Source: Bdellovibrionales bacterium
GTDB taxonomy: Bacteria; Bdellovibrionota; Bdellovibrionia; Bdellovibrionales; UBA1609
NCBI GenBank assembly: GCA_014323935.1
Contig: JACOND010000005.1
Span: forward strand, 17,428-81,427
Length of the DNA: 64,000 nucleotides
Direction of reading: 5' to 3'
Of the stretch, positions 26,581 through 35,429 are shown piece after piece (position 1 is the first letter of the stretch; every line of letters starts with the position of its first letter). Below the pieces are notes generated by a model. The model was given only the letters and a program-made list of their open reading frames with translations, was not told the origin of the DNA and did no database searches. A program made the translations under genes and the position numbers.

Positions 26581-27363
26581 ATGGAAAATTTAAATAACTT
26601 TATTTCAAATTTTTTAGATAATAAATATTGTTTAAAAAACAAGCTGTATAATGGTTATGGTGAAATATTTTTAGGGGATTGTTTTGATCTTTTGAAATAT
26701 ATTCCTGATGGCACAATAGATTTAATAGCAACAGATCCTCCTTATGAAATAAATTTTGAAAATAATGATTGGGACAAAAAACAAATCAATTGGAGTTTCT
26801 TATCGAATGAATTTTTAAGAGTATTGAAACAAAACGGAAATCTTATTTTATTTCAAGGTTGGTCTAATGTTGTGAAGACAATAAACAATTTTAATAAAAA
26901 ATTCATTTTAAAAAATTGGATTATATTCGACAGAATAAAAGGAAGGGGTGCTAAAACCAATTTTGTTTCAACAAGAGAAGATATTTTGTGGTTTATTAAA
27001 AGCGAAAAATATCAATATAATAAAATGCCTTCAAATATAATAAAAAAAACCAGAGGAATGGGAGATAAAAACGGAACAAGATTTAGAGCTTTATCTAATG
27101 TATGGACAGATATATCTCCAATCGTCCCATGGGATTCTGAAAGAGTCAATCACCCAACACAAAAACCAGTGGCATTAATGAATAGAATTGTTAATATATT
27201 TTCAAAAAAAGATGATATTGTTTTAGATTGTTTTGCTGGTTCAGGAACTACAGCTGTATCATGTATAAAAAATAAAAGAAAATTTATTTGTTTTGAAAAA
27301 GATATAAAATATTTTAATTTATCTAAAAAACGAATAAAAAATGTCATTAAAGAGATTTGTTGA
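26581..27363 (+). CDS. beta-class N6-adenine/N4-cytosine DNA methyltransferase (N-4/N-6 methylase domain), apparently orphan
   Basis: 260 aa. Catalytic motif IV ATDPPY precedes the AdoMet motif I DCFAGSGTT (beta-class order), plus HPTQKPVAL. No intact restriction endonuclease gene is adjacent. Confidence 0.85.
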   Translation: MENLNNFISNFLDNKYCLKNKLYNGYGEIFLGDCFDLLKYIPDGTIDLIATDPPYEINFENNDWDKKQINWSFLSNEFLRVLKQNGNLILFQGWSNVVKTINNFNKKFILKNWIIFDRIKGRGAKTNFVSTREDILWFIKSEKYQYNKMPSNIIKKTRGMGDKNGTRFRALSNVWTDISPIVPWDSERVNHPTQKPVALMNRIVNIFSKKDDIVLDCFAGSGTTAVSCIKNKRKFICFEKDIKYFNLSKKRIKNVIKEIC

Positions 27364-27392
27364 ATTTTTAACTAAATTTAAAAAAATAAAAC

Positions 27393-27771
27393 TTGGGACT
27401 TCTGACTGTAAGAAATAACAACATGGATATGACTTCCTGTCTTAAATATTTTGTTAAAGGATTTTTATTCCAAAGGAATGAAGTTAGGGACATTGGGAAA
27501 AAAGTTATCTTGAAAGATGCTCTCATAAAAAATCATAATCTTTCTAAAAGACAGAAAATCATTTTGGAGTATCTTTTAGATAATAACAAATTATGATAAA
27601 ATTCTTACTCAGTTTGAAAAGTCAGATAAAAGTTTAAAAACATCAGCTAAAGTGACAAAAAGGACGCTTCAAAGAGATCTAAAAGATATGATTGGTAAAA
27701 AAATCATAGAGTCGAAAGGTAAAACCAATCAAAAATTTTATCATCTTGTAAAAGAAGGATTGAATTTATGA
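27393..27771 (+). pseudogene. remnant resembling the C-terminal wHTH region of a Fic/DOC-family protein
   Basis: LSKRQKIILEYLLDNNKL, then double stops and a frame change, then VTKRTLQRDLKDMIGKKIIESKGKTNQKFYHLV. This pattern is typical of Fic-family C-termini. No HPFxxGNGR core is present. Confidence 0.35.
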
Positions 27772-27821
27772 TAAAACTTACGACAAAACTTGTGACATTT
27801 TTATAACAAGGAGTTTGATAA

Positions 27822-28230
27822 ATGACGAATAATATTAAAAAAATTGCTTTTGAAAAAGCTATAGAACAGCATCTTTTAAATAAGGGTGGATACATTAGGG
27901 GTATAGGAAACACTTTGATTGCTTCGTGGCATGGATTCTAAAATGCTAAATTCTTTTATAAAAGAAACTCAAAAAAAGAATGGGAAGCTTTATATAAGCT
28001 TCAAAAAGAGAAAACAGAAGAGATTCTAATTGAAGACTTATGTAAGGCTTTAGATTCAAATTATGAAGGCTGTTTAAAATTTCTTCCGTACATGAGCTTT
28101 AAATGTTTTGGAAAGCTCTTTAGAGTGGCTTATTTTGCTCCTGCTAGTGGATTAAATTCCGATACTCAAAAACTCTATTCTTCAAGCAAGCTGACTTTCA
28201 CAAGGCAACTTAAATACAGTAGTAAAAATT
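27822..28230 (+). pseudogene. hsdR: N-terminal fragment of a type I restriction enzyme R subunit (HsdR), frameshifted and truncated
   Basis: MTNNIKKIAFEKAIEQHLLNKGGYI... continues across at least two frames as FIKETQKKEWEALYKL...FGKLFRVAYFAPASGLNSDTQKLYSSSKLTFTRQLKYSSKN. This matches the conserved HsdR N-terminal block (..AYF.P.SGLN....LY..N.L.VTRQ..YS). Helicase domains are absent. Confidence 0.6.
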
Positions 28231-28246
28231 TTTACTTCGGAAGCTC

Positions 28247-28829
28247 ATGATTCAACAGATAGGTTACGCCCAGCCTATCATTCCAGTGCTTTTCTATCAT
28301 GAAAAAGAGTCTTTAAAGTGGAAAAATTATCTTCAAGAGGAAAATTTTAAGTTATTTTTTTCAAAAATTCCTAGAGAATCAAGAGAGAGTATGTTAAACT
28401 ATGAACCAAAGATAATAAATATGCAAAGACCTTAAAATAAGAAAGGCGTCTAAGAAGTTTAAAGGACATGGGCTTATAAAGTTATTAGATGAGATATGGA
28501 GTTTAAAAAAGAACATAAATCTTTTAAAGACAATAGAAACTTATATAGGTTTTGAGGAGATATTGAAAGGTTTAAAGCTAGAAAGACAGTTAAGGATATG
28601 GGAGTATTAAAAGAAGGAGGACTTATGCAAGATGTAAGAGAAGTTATTAAAGAAAAAGGGATTTGGGAAGGAATGCAAAAAGGACGATAAGAAGTGCAAA
28701 AAATTGTTTTAAATATGCTGAAAGAAAGATATTGCTTTTATTTCTAAAATTACAGGTTTTTTTAAAGAAGAAATTAAAGAAGAATTCTTAAAAAGAGCTA
28801 CTAGTATTTTACTTATTGGGTTTAAGTAA
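28247..28829 (+). pseudogene. C-terminal fragment of an Rpn-family (YhgA-like) recombination-promoting nuclease/putative transposase
   Basis: PIIPVLFYHEKESLKW...LNYEPKIINM, followed in other frames by EGMQKG.. and ISKITGFFKEEIKE, typical of Rpn C-terminal halves. The N-terminal PD-(D/E)xK domain is missing and there are multiple stops. Confidence 0.5.
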
Positions 28830-29088
28830 ATATTTGTCTTTAAACTTTATCAAAAGACTTAAAGTGTTCAAAATTTGTCTAGTATAAAGAAAAAACTTCT
28901 TAAATTCCTTAATTATTTTTTATGAAGCTGGAAAAAATTTGATTTTTGTTATAAAAATAAGGGTAAGGAATTAAGTTAAAAAAGTATTTAAAAAGGAATA
29001 TCTTAAGTTTATCAAATTTGCTTTCTATTTTGATGTTTGATAAAGGTTAGTTTTGTGTAAATTAACAAAAAAAAGGATTTTTTTGGTT

Positions 29089-30429
29089 ATGAATATTAAA
29101 AATTGTATCATTGTTTTTAGTTTATTGTGGGTCTCTGTTTCTCATGCTTATCCCTGGATGTTTTTTAGAGAAAGAAATGATTCTGATATTATAAGATTAG
29201 ACAGTCATGCTTCTTATTTTTTTGATAAAGAAGTGTCTTTTTTTTCTGGCTTAGATTTGAATTATCATAATCCTATGTTAGACCTAGATTTAGGTTACAT
29301 TTACTCTCATTTAGAAAACAATCATTATTTTAGATTAAGTGAATTGTCTGTTAATTTTCCTTTACCTTGGAACAAATGGATTATGTCTATAGGTTTTCAA
29401 AATATTTTATGGAGTGAATTGGATCGTTATTGGAATTATGGTTTATGGCAGGCTCGTTTTCTTTTAGATCCTTTGAGAACAGAACAAATGGGAATGCCAG
29501 GGTTGTCTTTTCGGTATAAGACAATAAAGAGTTCTTTTATCCTTTTGTTCTCTTATTTACAATTACCTGATTTTCAAATTTATCCAGAGTTTATTGATAA
29601 CAGGGTGTCTTCAAGAAATCCTTTATTCAAATCTACTCAGGGGGTTAATGTTAATAAATTATCTTCTGAGTTATTTAAGCTTGAGAAATTTTTAAAACCA
29701 GGTTTAGCTTTTCAATTAAAACATTCTATCGATTCGCTTCATCTTAATTTTTCTTATGCTTATAAAGGAATGAATCAACTAAAAAAAGCTTTTCTATTTA
29801 AAGGTTTCAGTCCCTTAAAATCATCTTCAATTTCTCTAGAAGAGTTTAATTATTTTTCTTTATACCATGAATTAAGTTCTTTAGAAGCTGAGTTAGAATT
29901 TTCTCCAACCTTCTCTTTATTTGCTGGGGTCTTTTATGAGGAACCGAAAGATAAAAAAATTCCTAAAGATTGGTGGAGCAGTGATTTTTCTTCTCACCTC
30001 ACTTTTTCTGTTTTAGCTTATTTTAAAGAGCATTGGGATAACAGTCAAAATACTTTATTTACTTTAGGTGGAACTCATATCCAAGAAGAGAAAACTTCTT
30101 TTAATTCAAACGTTTTAACAGATGATTATAAGAAACTTTTCAGCCGAGAGTTTGATTGGAAGTCTGCTATCAGTGCCTCTGTTGAACATGAAAATAAGAA
30201 TTTCTATAAAGGTATTCTTTTTAGATTCAGAACAATTTATGCTTTAGATAACCAGGTGTATCATTTTATGTTTGAAAACTATTTGTATTTTGACGATTAT
30301 ATTCGTTTTTATTTATCAGGAGATTTTGTGAGACGATTTTCTCAAAGAGTTGTTCTTGTAGAGAGTTCTTCTATTAAGAGATATAATGGATTAAGTCGTA
30401 TTTTACTTGGAGTGCAGTGTGTTTTTTAA
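29089..30429 (+). CDS. hypothetical secreted protein, predicted outer-membrane beta-barrel (module copy A, gene 1)
   Basis: Likely start MNIKNC at 29089. Signal peptide ...VSVSHA|YPW. Aromatic-rich alternating segments and a C-terminal aromatic (...LLGVQCVF). Shares the block WS..D.YW..GLW....(D/N)PL......G..G with the 32693 ORF. Confidence 0.5.
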   Translation: MNIKNCIIVFSLLWVSVSHAYPWMFFRERNDSDIIRLDSHASYFFDKEVSFFSGLDLNYHNPMLDLDLGYIYSHLENNHYFRLSELSVNFPLPWNKWIMSIGFQNILWSELDRYWNYGLWQARFLLDPLRTEQMGMPGLSFRYKTIKSSFILLFSYLQLPDFQIYPEFIDNRVSSRNPLFKSTQGVNVNKLSSELFKLEKFLKPGLAFQLKHSIDSLHLNFSYAYKGMNQLKKAFLFKGFSPLKSSSISLEEFNYFSLYHELSSLEAELEFSPTFSLFAGVFYEEPKDKKIPKDWWSSDFSSHLTFSVLAYFKEHWDNSQNTLFTLGGTHIQEEKTSFNSNVLTDDYKKLFSREFDWKSAISASVEHENKNFYKGILFRFRTIYALDNQVYHFMFENYLYFDDYIRFYLSGDFVRRFSQRVVLVESSSIKRYNGLSRILLGVQCVF

Positions 30430-30436
30430 ACTACAA

Positions 30437-32689
30437 ATGAAATTTTTTGTTATCTTTTTAGCTTTTAGTCCTTTAAAACTTTTTGCAGAAAAAGGGGATT
30501 TTAGTTTTCTTAGCCTCATTGGTGAATCAAAGTGTGTGAAATATATAAATCATTACTATCCGCATTTTATAAATGGGAATCTAAATCAAGAAGGACAAGA
30601 TAAATGGTTTCGTTGCCTGTGGAGTTTTTTAGATGCTGTTGTTAATAAAAAAATCTTGATACATGACTCTTCAAGAGATCATTTTACAAGAGAAGAAATT
30701 TTTAACCTCTTTCATAAACTTTTTGAGTATGGAAAAGTCAAATCAAATCGTTTAACAAACCAACTTTTATTTATAAAGAAATTGTTAGTAGGTGGTTCTA
30801 TTGATAAATTGAGAGATCAAGAATTATCTCATTTGTTTCACTTGATTCATGATGAAAATGGTTCAAATGATTATAGATTAGCTTATTTCATTATTCATAA
30901 AGAAATTCCTACTTTAAGAAAACTCTTTAGAGGAGAAATTGTTAGAGAGAAAGCTAGAGATAAAGCTTTAGAGCAATTGAGAAAAACTCTTATTATTTTA
31001 GAAAGAGCGTATAAAAGAGTGCAAGTGAGTTACAGTATTGAAGATATTTCTCAATATCCAAAATATATGGGAATGAAAGATTCAAAACTTCAATCGTTAT
31101 TTTTATATTTACATCATTTATTAAGAGGAAGTGTTTTTCCTAAAAAAGCAATAGAAGGAAAAGATTGGTCTGTTTTTAATCATTTGATTCTTGGTAACTT
31201 TGAGTTATTGTTTTATATTAATAAATACTTTAATAAAAAAAATAATACCATACAAATTACTTATAACTCTTTATCAGTTTTAGAAAAATTTATGGAGCTT
31301 TTATCTTCTAATGAAAATCTCTTTTTAAAAAGAGGTTTTCCTGTTAGAAACCTTGATGGAATCTTGAAGGCTTCTTTCTCTCTAATTAAAAGTTTTGTAA
31401 CAAGTTCCAATCCTTTATTTTCCTTATTTGATGATGAGACAAAAATTAGTTTGATAACACGTGTTTTGACGTGTTTTTCTTTAAATGAAAAAGGTAAGAA
31501 GGAGTGTTCAATTGATTGGATGACAAATGATTCGTCTCTTGTAAAAATTTCTTTTCCGGACTCAGAGTTTTCATTTTTTAAAAATTATATTCAAAGAAAA
31601 GATAAAAAAACGACTTATTTTATATCTTCTAAAAAGATAGAAAAACTGAAAGATTGGACAATTTCTTACAGAATAGACCTTTTTCAGATTTATGACGATT
31701 TTGAAAAATCTGTAGCTATTCAAAGACAATTTGATCATTGGCTAAAGAATTTTTTTGGTTGGAATGAAAAAAAACAAATGATTTTTGGAAACGTTCAAAA
31801 TCTTGCTGATAATAAATTTAAAACAACACATCTTTTAGCTTACCATTCTATTTTATCTCTCCTTTTATCTTATCATGTTCCAAAAGCTTATTTTTTAGGA
31901 AAAACAGATCTTAAACTTCAACAATGGCAATCTCTTCTTTCTGATTTAACTCCTTTATTTTTTACTTTCTTAGATGAGGGAGGATATAATTTATCTTGGA
32001 GGGACATTGCTGGAAACATGTTTTCAATAGCTGATCTTTTTTTAAATTCTTCTGATTTAAGTGATACTTTGAGTTCAAGAGAATTATTGGATCTTGTTAT
32101 TCATCTTGATGCCTCGTTTCAGCAAGCTCAAAAGATATCCTCTCTGATATCTTCGATTTGTAGTTCAAACAATTTTCTCTCTTGCACTGTTAAAACAATT
32201 ATAGATCATCCTGAAGGTCTTGCTCCCTTTCCTCTACTTAAACGTTATATTACGGATTTTCGCAGGAAAAAATATGAAGACAATATGAAAAGGCTGTTAT
32301 TTGGATTACAAAAAAACAAGAATTCTTCCTTACTTTTAACCGAACTGTTCTTTTTACTTCAGGTTATGGAAGTTAACTATTATCAGAGAATAAATACCGA
32401 CTTGATTTTCAATTTAGAAACTCATGAACTTCTTGCTTTTTCTGATCAGTTTAAAGAGAGAGTTTATAAACAAATTCCTTATATTTATAATGAAGATCAA
32501 GGTCTTTCTTACATTATGTATGTTTTTAGGACAGGCTCTTTTCCATTTTTTACGGGATCTGAATTTGAAACGATTCTATTTTCTAATTGGTATCTTAAGA
32601 AGAGACATAAGAAAGATTTTGAAGTGTCTCCTAGTAGATTTCATAATCTTGTCTTTGATTTACATCATTTATATAAAAAATATTGGTAG
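30437..32689 (+). CDS. hypothetical secreted helical protein (module copy A, gene 2)
   Basis: Likely start MKFFVIFLAFSPLKLFA at 30437, 7 nt after the upstream stop. 750 aa, Leu/Phe/Lys-rich. No domain recognised. The C-terminal block aligns with the EF-hand-like region of the 34080 ORF. Confidence 0.5.
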   Translation: MKFFVIFLAFSPLKLFAEKGDFSFLSLIGESKCVKYINHYYPHFINGNLNQEGQDKWFRCLWSFLDAVVNKKILIHDSSRDHFTREEIFNLFHKLFEYGKVKSNRLTNQLLFIKKLLVGGSIDKLRDQELSHLFHLIHDENGSNDYRLAYFIIHKEIPTLRKLFRGEIVREKARDKALEQLRKTLIILERAYKRVQVSYSIEDISQYPKYMGMKDSKLQSLFLYLHHLLRGSVFPKKAIEGKDWSVFNHLILGNFELLFYINKYFNKKNNTIQITYNSLSVLEKFMELLSSNENLFLKRGFPVRNLDGILKASFSLIKSFVTSSNPLFSLFDDETKISLITRVLTCFSLNEKGKKECSIDWMTNDSSLVKISFPDSEFSFFKNYIQRKDKKTTYFISSKKIEKLKDWTISYRIDLFQIYDDFEKSVAIQRQFDHWLKNFFGWNEKKQMIFGNVQNLADNKFKTTHLLAYHSILSLLLSYHVPKAYFLGKTDLKLQQWQSLLSDLTPLFFTFLDEGGYNLSWRDIAGNMFSIADLFLNSSDLSDTLSSRELLDLVIHLDASFQQAQKISSLISSICSSNNFLSCTVKTIIDHPEGLAPFPLLKRYITDFRRKKYEDNMKRLLFGLQKNKNSSLLLTELFFLLQVMEVNYYQRINTDLIFNLETHELLAFSDQFKERVYKQIPYIYNEDQGLSYIMYVFRTGSFPFFTGSEFETILFSNWYLKKRHKKDFEVSPSRFHNLVFDLHHLYKKYW

Positions 32690-32692
32690 TGT

Positions 32693-34090
32693 ATGATTTT
32701 TCAAAAGATTTTAATGAGTTTTATTTTGTTTTCCTTTTATGTTAAGGGAGAGACATCTGATAAGGATGTTAATTTTTTTGAACTAGAATGGGAACACTAT
32801 ACTTCTGAAGGGACTCTTCAAGAGCAATTGAAAAATTATGTTTTTGTTAAAGGAGATTATTCTTTTAATTTTACAAAAAGTGATTTTTCTTTTAGGACTC
32901 AATTGAAATATCAATATAGCTTAGATCATAAAGATTGGTTTCATTTTGATCTTCCAGAAATTTTTCTGTTTTATAAATATGATTTTAAGACATCCTTTAA
33001 ACTCTTAAAATCTATTGAATTTTATTTAGGGAGAAAAGTTAAAAAGTGGAGTCTAGGGGATGATTATTGGGATTTAGGTTTATGGAATTCTCTTATTCTT
33101 TGGAATCCTTTAGAACCTATGGTAAAAGGGAATGTTGGTTCTTTTTTAACTTTTAAATCAGAAAATTGGGAAACTGATTTTTTTCTTGGAGCTTTACATA
33201 TCCCTAACACAAACGCTAACTTCTTTGTAAGAGATAAGACCCCTCGCACCTATTCTCGCTGGGGAACTCTTTTACCTAATAAAGTAGATGAATATAACCT
33301 TTCTATTTACTATGAATTCATTAAACCTTTCTATTTTGATTTTATTAATAAAAAAAGTTTTTTTGTTAATTTTAAAACATGGACTGAAAAATCAGATATT
33401 TTTTGTTGGTTTAAAATTTCTTTTGCAGATAAGCCTACAAATCATCTTTATTATATCATGAATAAAAAACATAGATTAAAAGTTGATTCAAATAAATCTA
33501 AAGAACCTTTGTTTATAGATCAAGTTTTGACAGGAATATTTTCACGGCAAAGAATCTTATCTACAGAATGGGGCATTAATTATAATAAAATTTTATCTAT
33601 GACTGTGAGTTTAGAAAATACAAAAATAAAAGAAGAAAAGGCTTTAGATCAAGAGAATTGGAGTTTTATAAATTCTAGAGAAAGTTTTACTTACTTTTCT
33701 GGAATTTTAAAATATCAGTATTCACCTGAGAGTTTTTTTGAATTAGGTTTTATTCAATCTTGGTTTAATAAATATAGAAATCAAAAAAATACAGTTCAAC
33801 CTGTTTTTGTAAGTCAAAACAAAATTTTAAACGGATTAAGTTTAGCTTTTGAAAAGAGGAGTTCTACTTTGAAAGGTTTGCCTCTTATTTTTAACTTGAA
33901 ATATCAGTATTCTTTTTTGGGTAGAGGAGCTTGGCTTTCTACAAATTTTTTATATTACATGGGAGAGAAATTTTATACAAAGTGGTCAGCTCATATCTTA
34001 GGATCAGGAGTTAAAAATCAAAGTCAATCTTTTTTAAGTATATTTAAACATAATGATTATTTTACTTGGAGTTTTGTTTATGATTTTTAG
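32693..34090 (+). CDS. hypothetical secreted protein, predicted outer-membrane beta-barrel (module copy B, gene 1); paralog of 29089..30429
   Basis: Starts 3 nt after the upstream stop. Signal peptide MIFQKILMSFILFSFYVKG. Ends ...FTWSFVYDF (terminal Phe). Shared motif KKWSLGDDYWDLGLWNSLILWNPLEPMVKGNVG. Confidence 0.5.
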   Translation: MIFQKILMSFILFSFYVKGETSDKDVNFFELEWEHYTSEGTLQEQLKNYVFVKGDYSFNFTKSDFSFRTQLKYQYSLDHKDWFHFDLPEIFLFYKYDFKTSFKLLKSIEFYLGRKVKKWSLGDDYWDLGLWNSLILWNPLEPMVKGNVGSFLTFKSENWETDFFLGALHIPNTNANFFVRDKTPRTYSRWGTLLPNKVDEYNLSIYYEFIKPFYFDFINKKSFFVNFKTWTEKSDIFCWFKISFADKPTNHLYYIMNKKHRLKVDSNKSKEPLFIDQVLTGIFSRQRILSTEWGINYNKILSMTVSLENTKIKEEKALDQENWSFINSRESFTYFSGILKYQYSPESFFELGFIQSWFNKYRNQKNTVQPVFVSQNKILNGLSLAFEKRSSTLKGLPLIFNLKYQYSFLGRGAWLSTNFLYYMGEKFYTKWSAHILGSGVKNQSQSFLSIFKHNDYFTWSFVYDF

Positions 34091-35429
34091 TAGAGTTAGA
34101 AAAAAGATCTTTCTTGGAATTTGTTTCTTGTTCATGAGCTGTGGTTTGAAAATAGGAGAAAAACCTCCTGTTATCCCTGTGTATAAATTTCAAATGAATC
34201 AAAATGATTTATGTTCAAGTTTAGATTATCAAGAAGAACTTATAAAATATTTTTTTAGTTCTACTAAGTTAAATAGTCATAAACTTGGTCAAATATTAGA
34301 GTGTCTATCTGATCAGGTCTCTGCTGTTAAGGATTTATTTCATAATGAATATTTAACAAAAGAAGATATCATTATTATTTTAGAAAATGATTGGATTGAT
34401 TTAGGGAATTTAAAACCTTTTTTAATAAAGGTTTTAAAATCTAGAAGAGATGAGAAAATTCTTTTTTTTAAAAAACATTTTATTCAATTTATTTCTTCAA
34501 ACTCTAAATTAGATTTAAAAGCTAAAGATTTGTGTTTAATTTCTGAGAGAATTCAGAAAAACTCTGAGAATCTTATTTCAGAGCCTAAGAAAAATGAAGC
34601 TCTTATATCAAAATCAGATGTGGATGTTTTTTTAAATTTTTTAAAGGAATTTTATGAACTTCTTTTTTTCATTGAAGATAAATCTAAGTATCTTTTTCGT
34701 TGGTTTTTTTATGAAACTTCCTCTGATAAAGAAGCTTTTTTTGATAATAAAGATAAATTTAGAAACTTTATTTTTTTTCTACAAGATGTTTACTCTGAGA
34801 AATTCTCTAATTATTCTAATTTTTTAAGGAGTCATTCTAAAGCTATGTCTGAAAGATACCCTAGAGGTTATGAAAAATTTCTTGAAGAGATGATACATAT
34901 TACTCAATCCTTTGATTTGTCTTTGGAGGATGAGACTGTTCATGTGCTTGATATTAAATATATGTTTATAGTTATTGAGGCTATGAGATTTTTTTTCCAG
35001 GTTTATGATTTGAATCAAAACTCTATTATAGATTCTCAGGAATTAAAGCCTGTGTCTTGTCTTCTTGAAGGGCTTGTTTTTCTTTTTTTACCAGACCTTT
35101 TAAAAAAGTTAGAATTGGAAGAACCTATAAAGAAGAGAGGTATTGAATTTGCGATTAAAAATAATGTCCTTACCACTCGTGATATCACTCGTTATATGTT
35201 AAATTATCAGAAGATTCCTGATAATGAAATGGACTTGGAGGATATATACAATCTCTTTGTTAATGAAGAAATAAAAAGCCTTTCTGTTAGAGAAGTTTCT
35301 CGTTTGATACTATTATTTTTTAATATAGTAATAGATGAAATTGAATCTCTTGACAGTATTTCTGAATTTAGGAATAAAGAAATGGAAGAAAATAAAAAAA
35401 ATAAAAGTACAGATGAAATTTCAAACTAA
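34080..35429 (+). CDS. hypothetical lipoprotein with EF-hand-like loop (module copy B, gene 2)
   Basis: Likely start MIFSRVRKK at 34080, overlapping the upstream gene by 11 nt. Lipobox-like FLFMSC|G. The loop DLNQNSIIDSQE (35007-35042) fits EF-hand positions 1, 3, 5, 9 and 12. Confidence 0.5.
   Translation: MIFSRVRKKIFLGICFLFMSCGLKIGEKPPVIPVYKFQMNQNDLCSSLDYQEELIKYFFSSTKLNSHKLGQILECLSDQVSAVKDLFHNEYLTKEDIIIILENDWIDLGNLKPFLIKVLKSRRDEKILFFKKHFIQFISSNSKLDLKAKDLCLISERIQKNSENLISEPKKNEALISKSDVDVFLNFLKEFYELLFFIEDKSKYLFRWFFYETSSDKEAFFDNKDKFRNFIFFLQDVYSEKFSNYSNFLRSHSKAMSERYPRGYEKFLEEMIHITQSFDLSLEDETVHVLDIKYMFIVIEAMRFFFQVYDLNQNSIIDSQELKPVSCLLEGLVFLFLPDLLKKLELEEPIKKRGIEFAIKNNVLTTRDITRYMLNYQKIPDNEMDLEDIYNLFVNEEIKSLSVREVSRLILLFFNIVIDEIESLDSISEFRNKEMEENKKNKSTDEISN

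Noticed and set aside
27150-27913. Minus-strand ORFs 27150..27347 and 27704..27913
   Set aside because: The first is antisense to the intact methyltransferase. The second lies across the Fic-like/HsdR wreckage, where the plus-strand fragments have recognisable homology.
32424-32696. 90-aa alternative-frame ORF at the end of the 760-aa gene; also 33064..33249, 34824..35018, 38708..38923 and 56216..56404
   Set aside because: All are embedded in longer, better-supported ORFs, either in another frame or antisense. No independent signals support them.
35335-35412. Upstream extension of the Cys/Met PLP enzyme ORF
   Set aside because: The extension encodes a Lys-rich sequence overlapping the upstream gene. 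The conserved N-terminus MKFQTKAIH starts at 35413.
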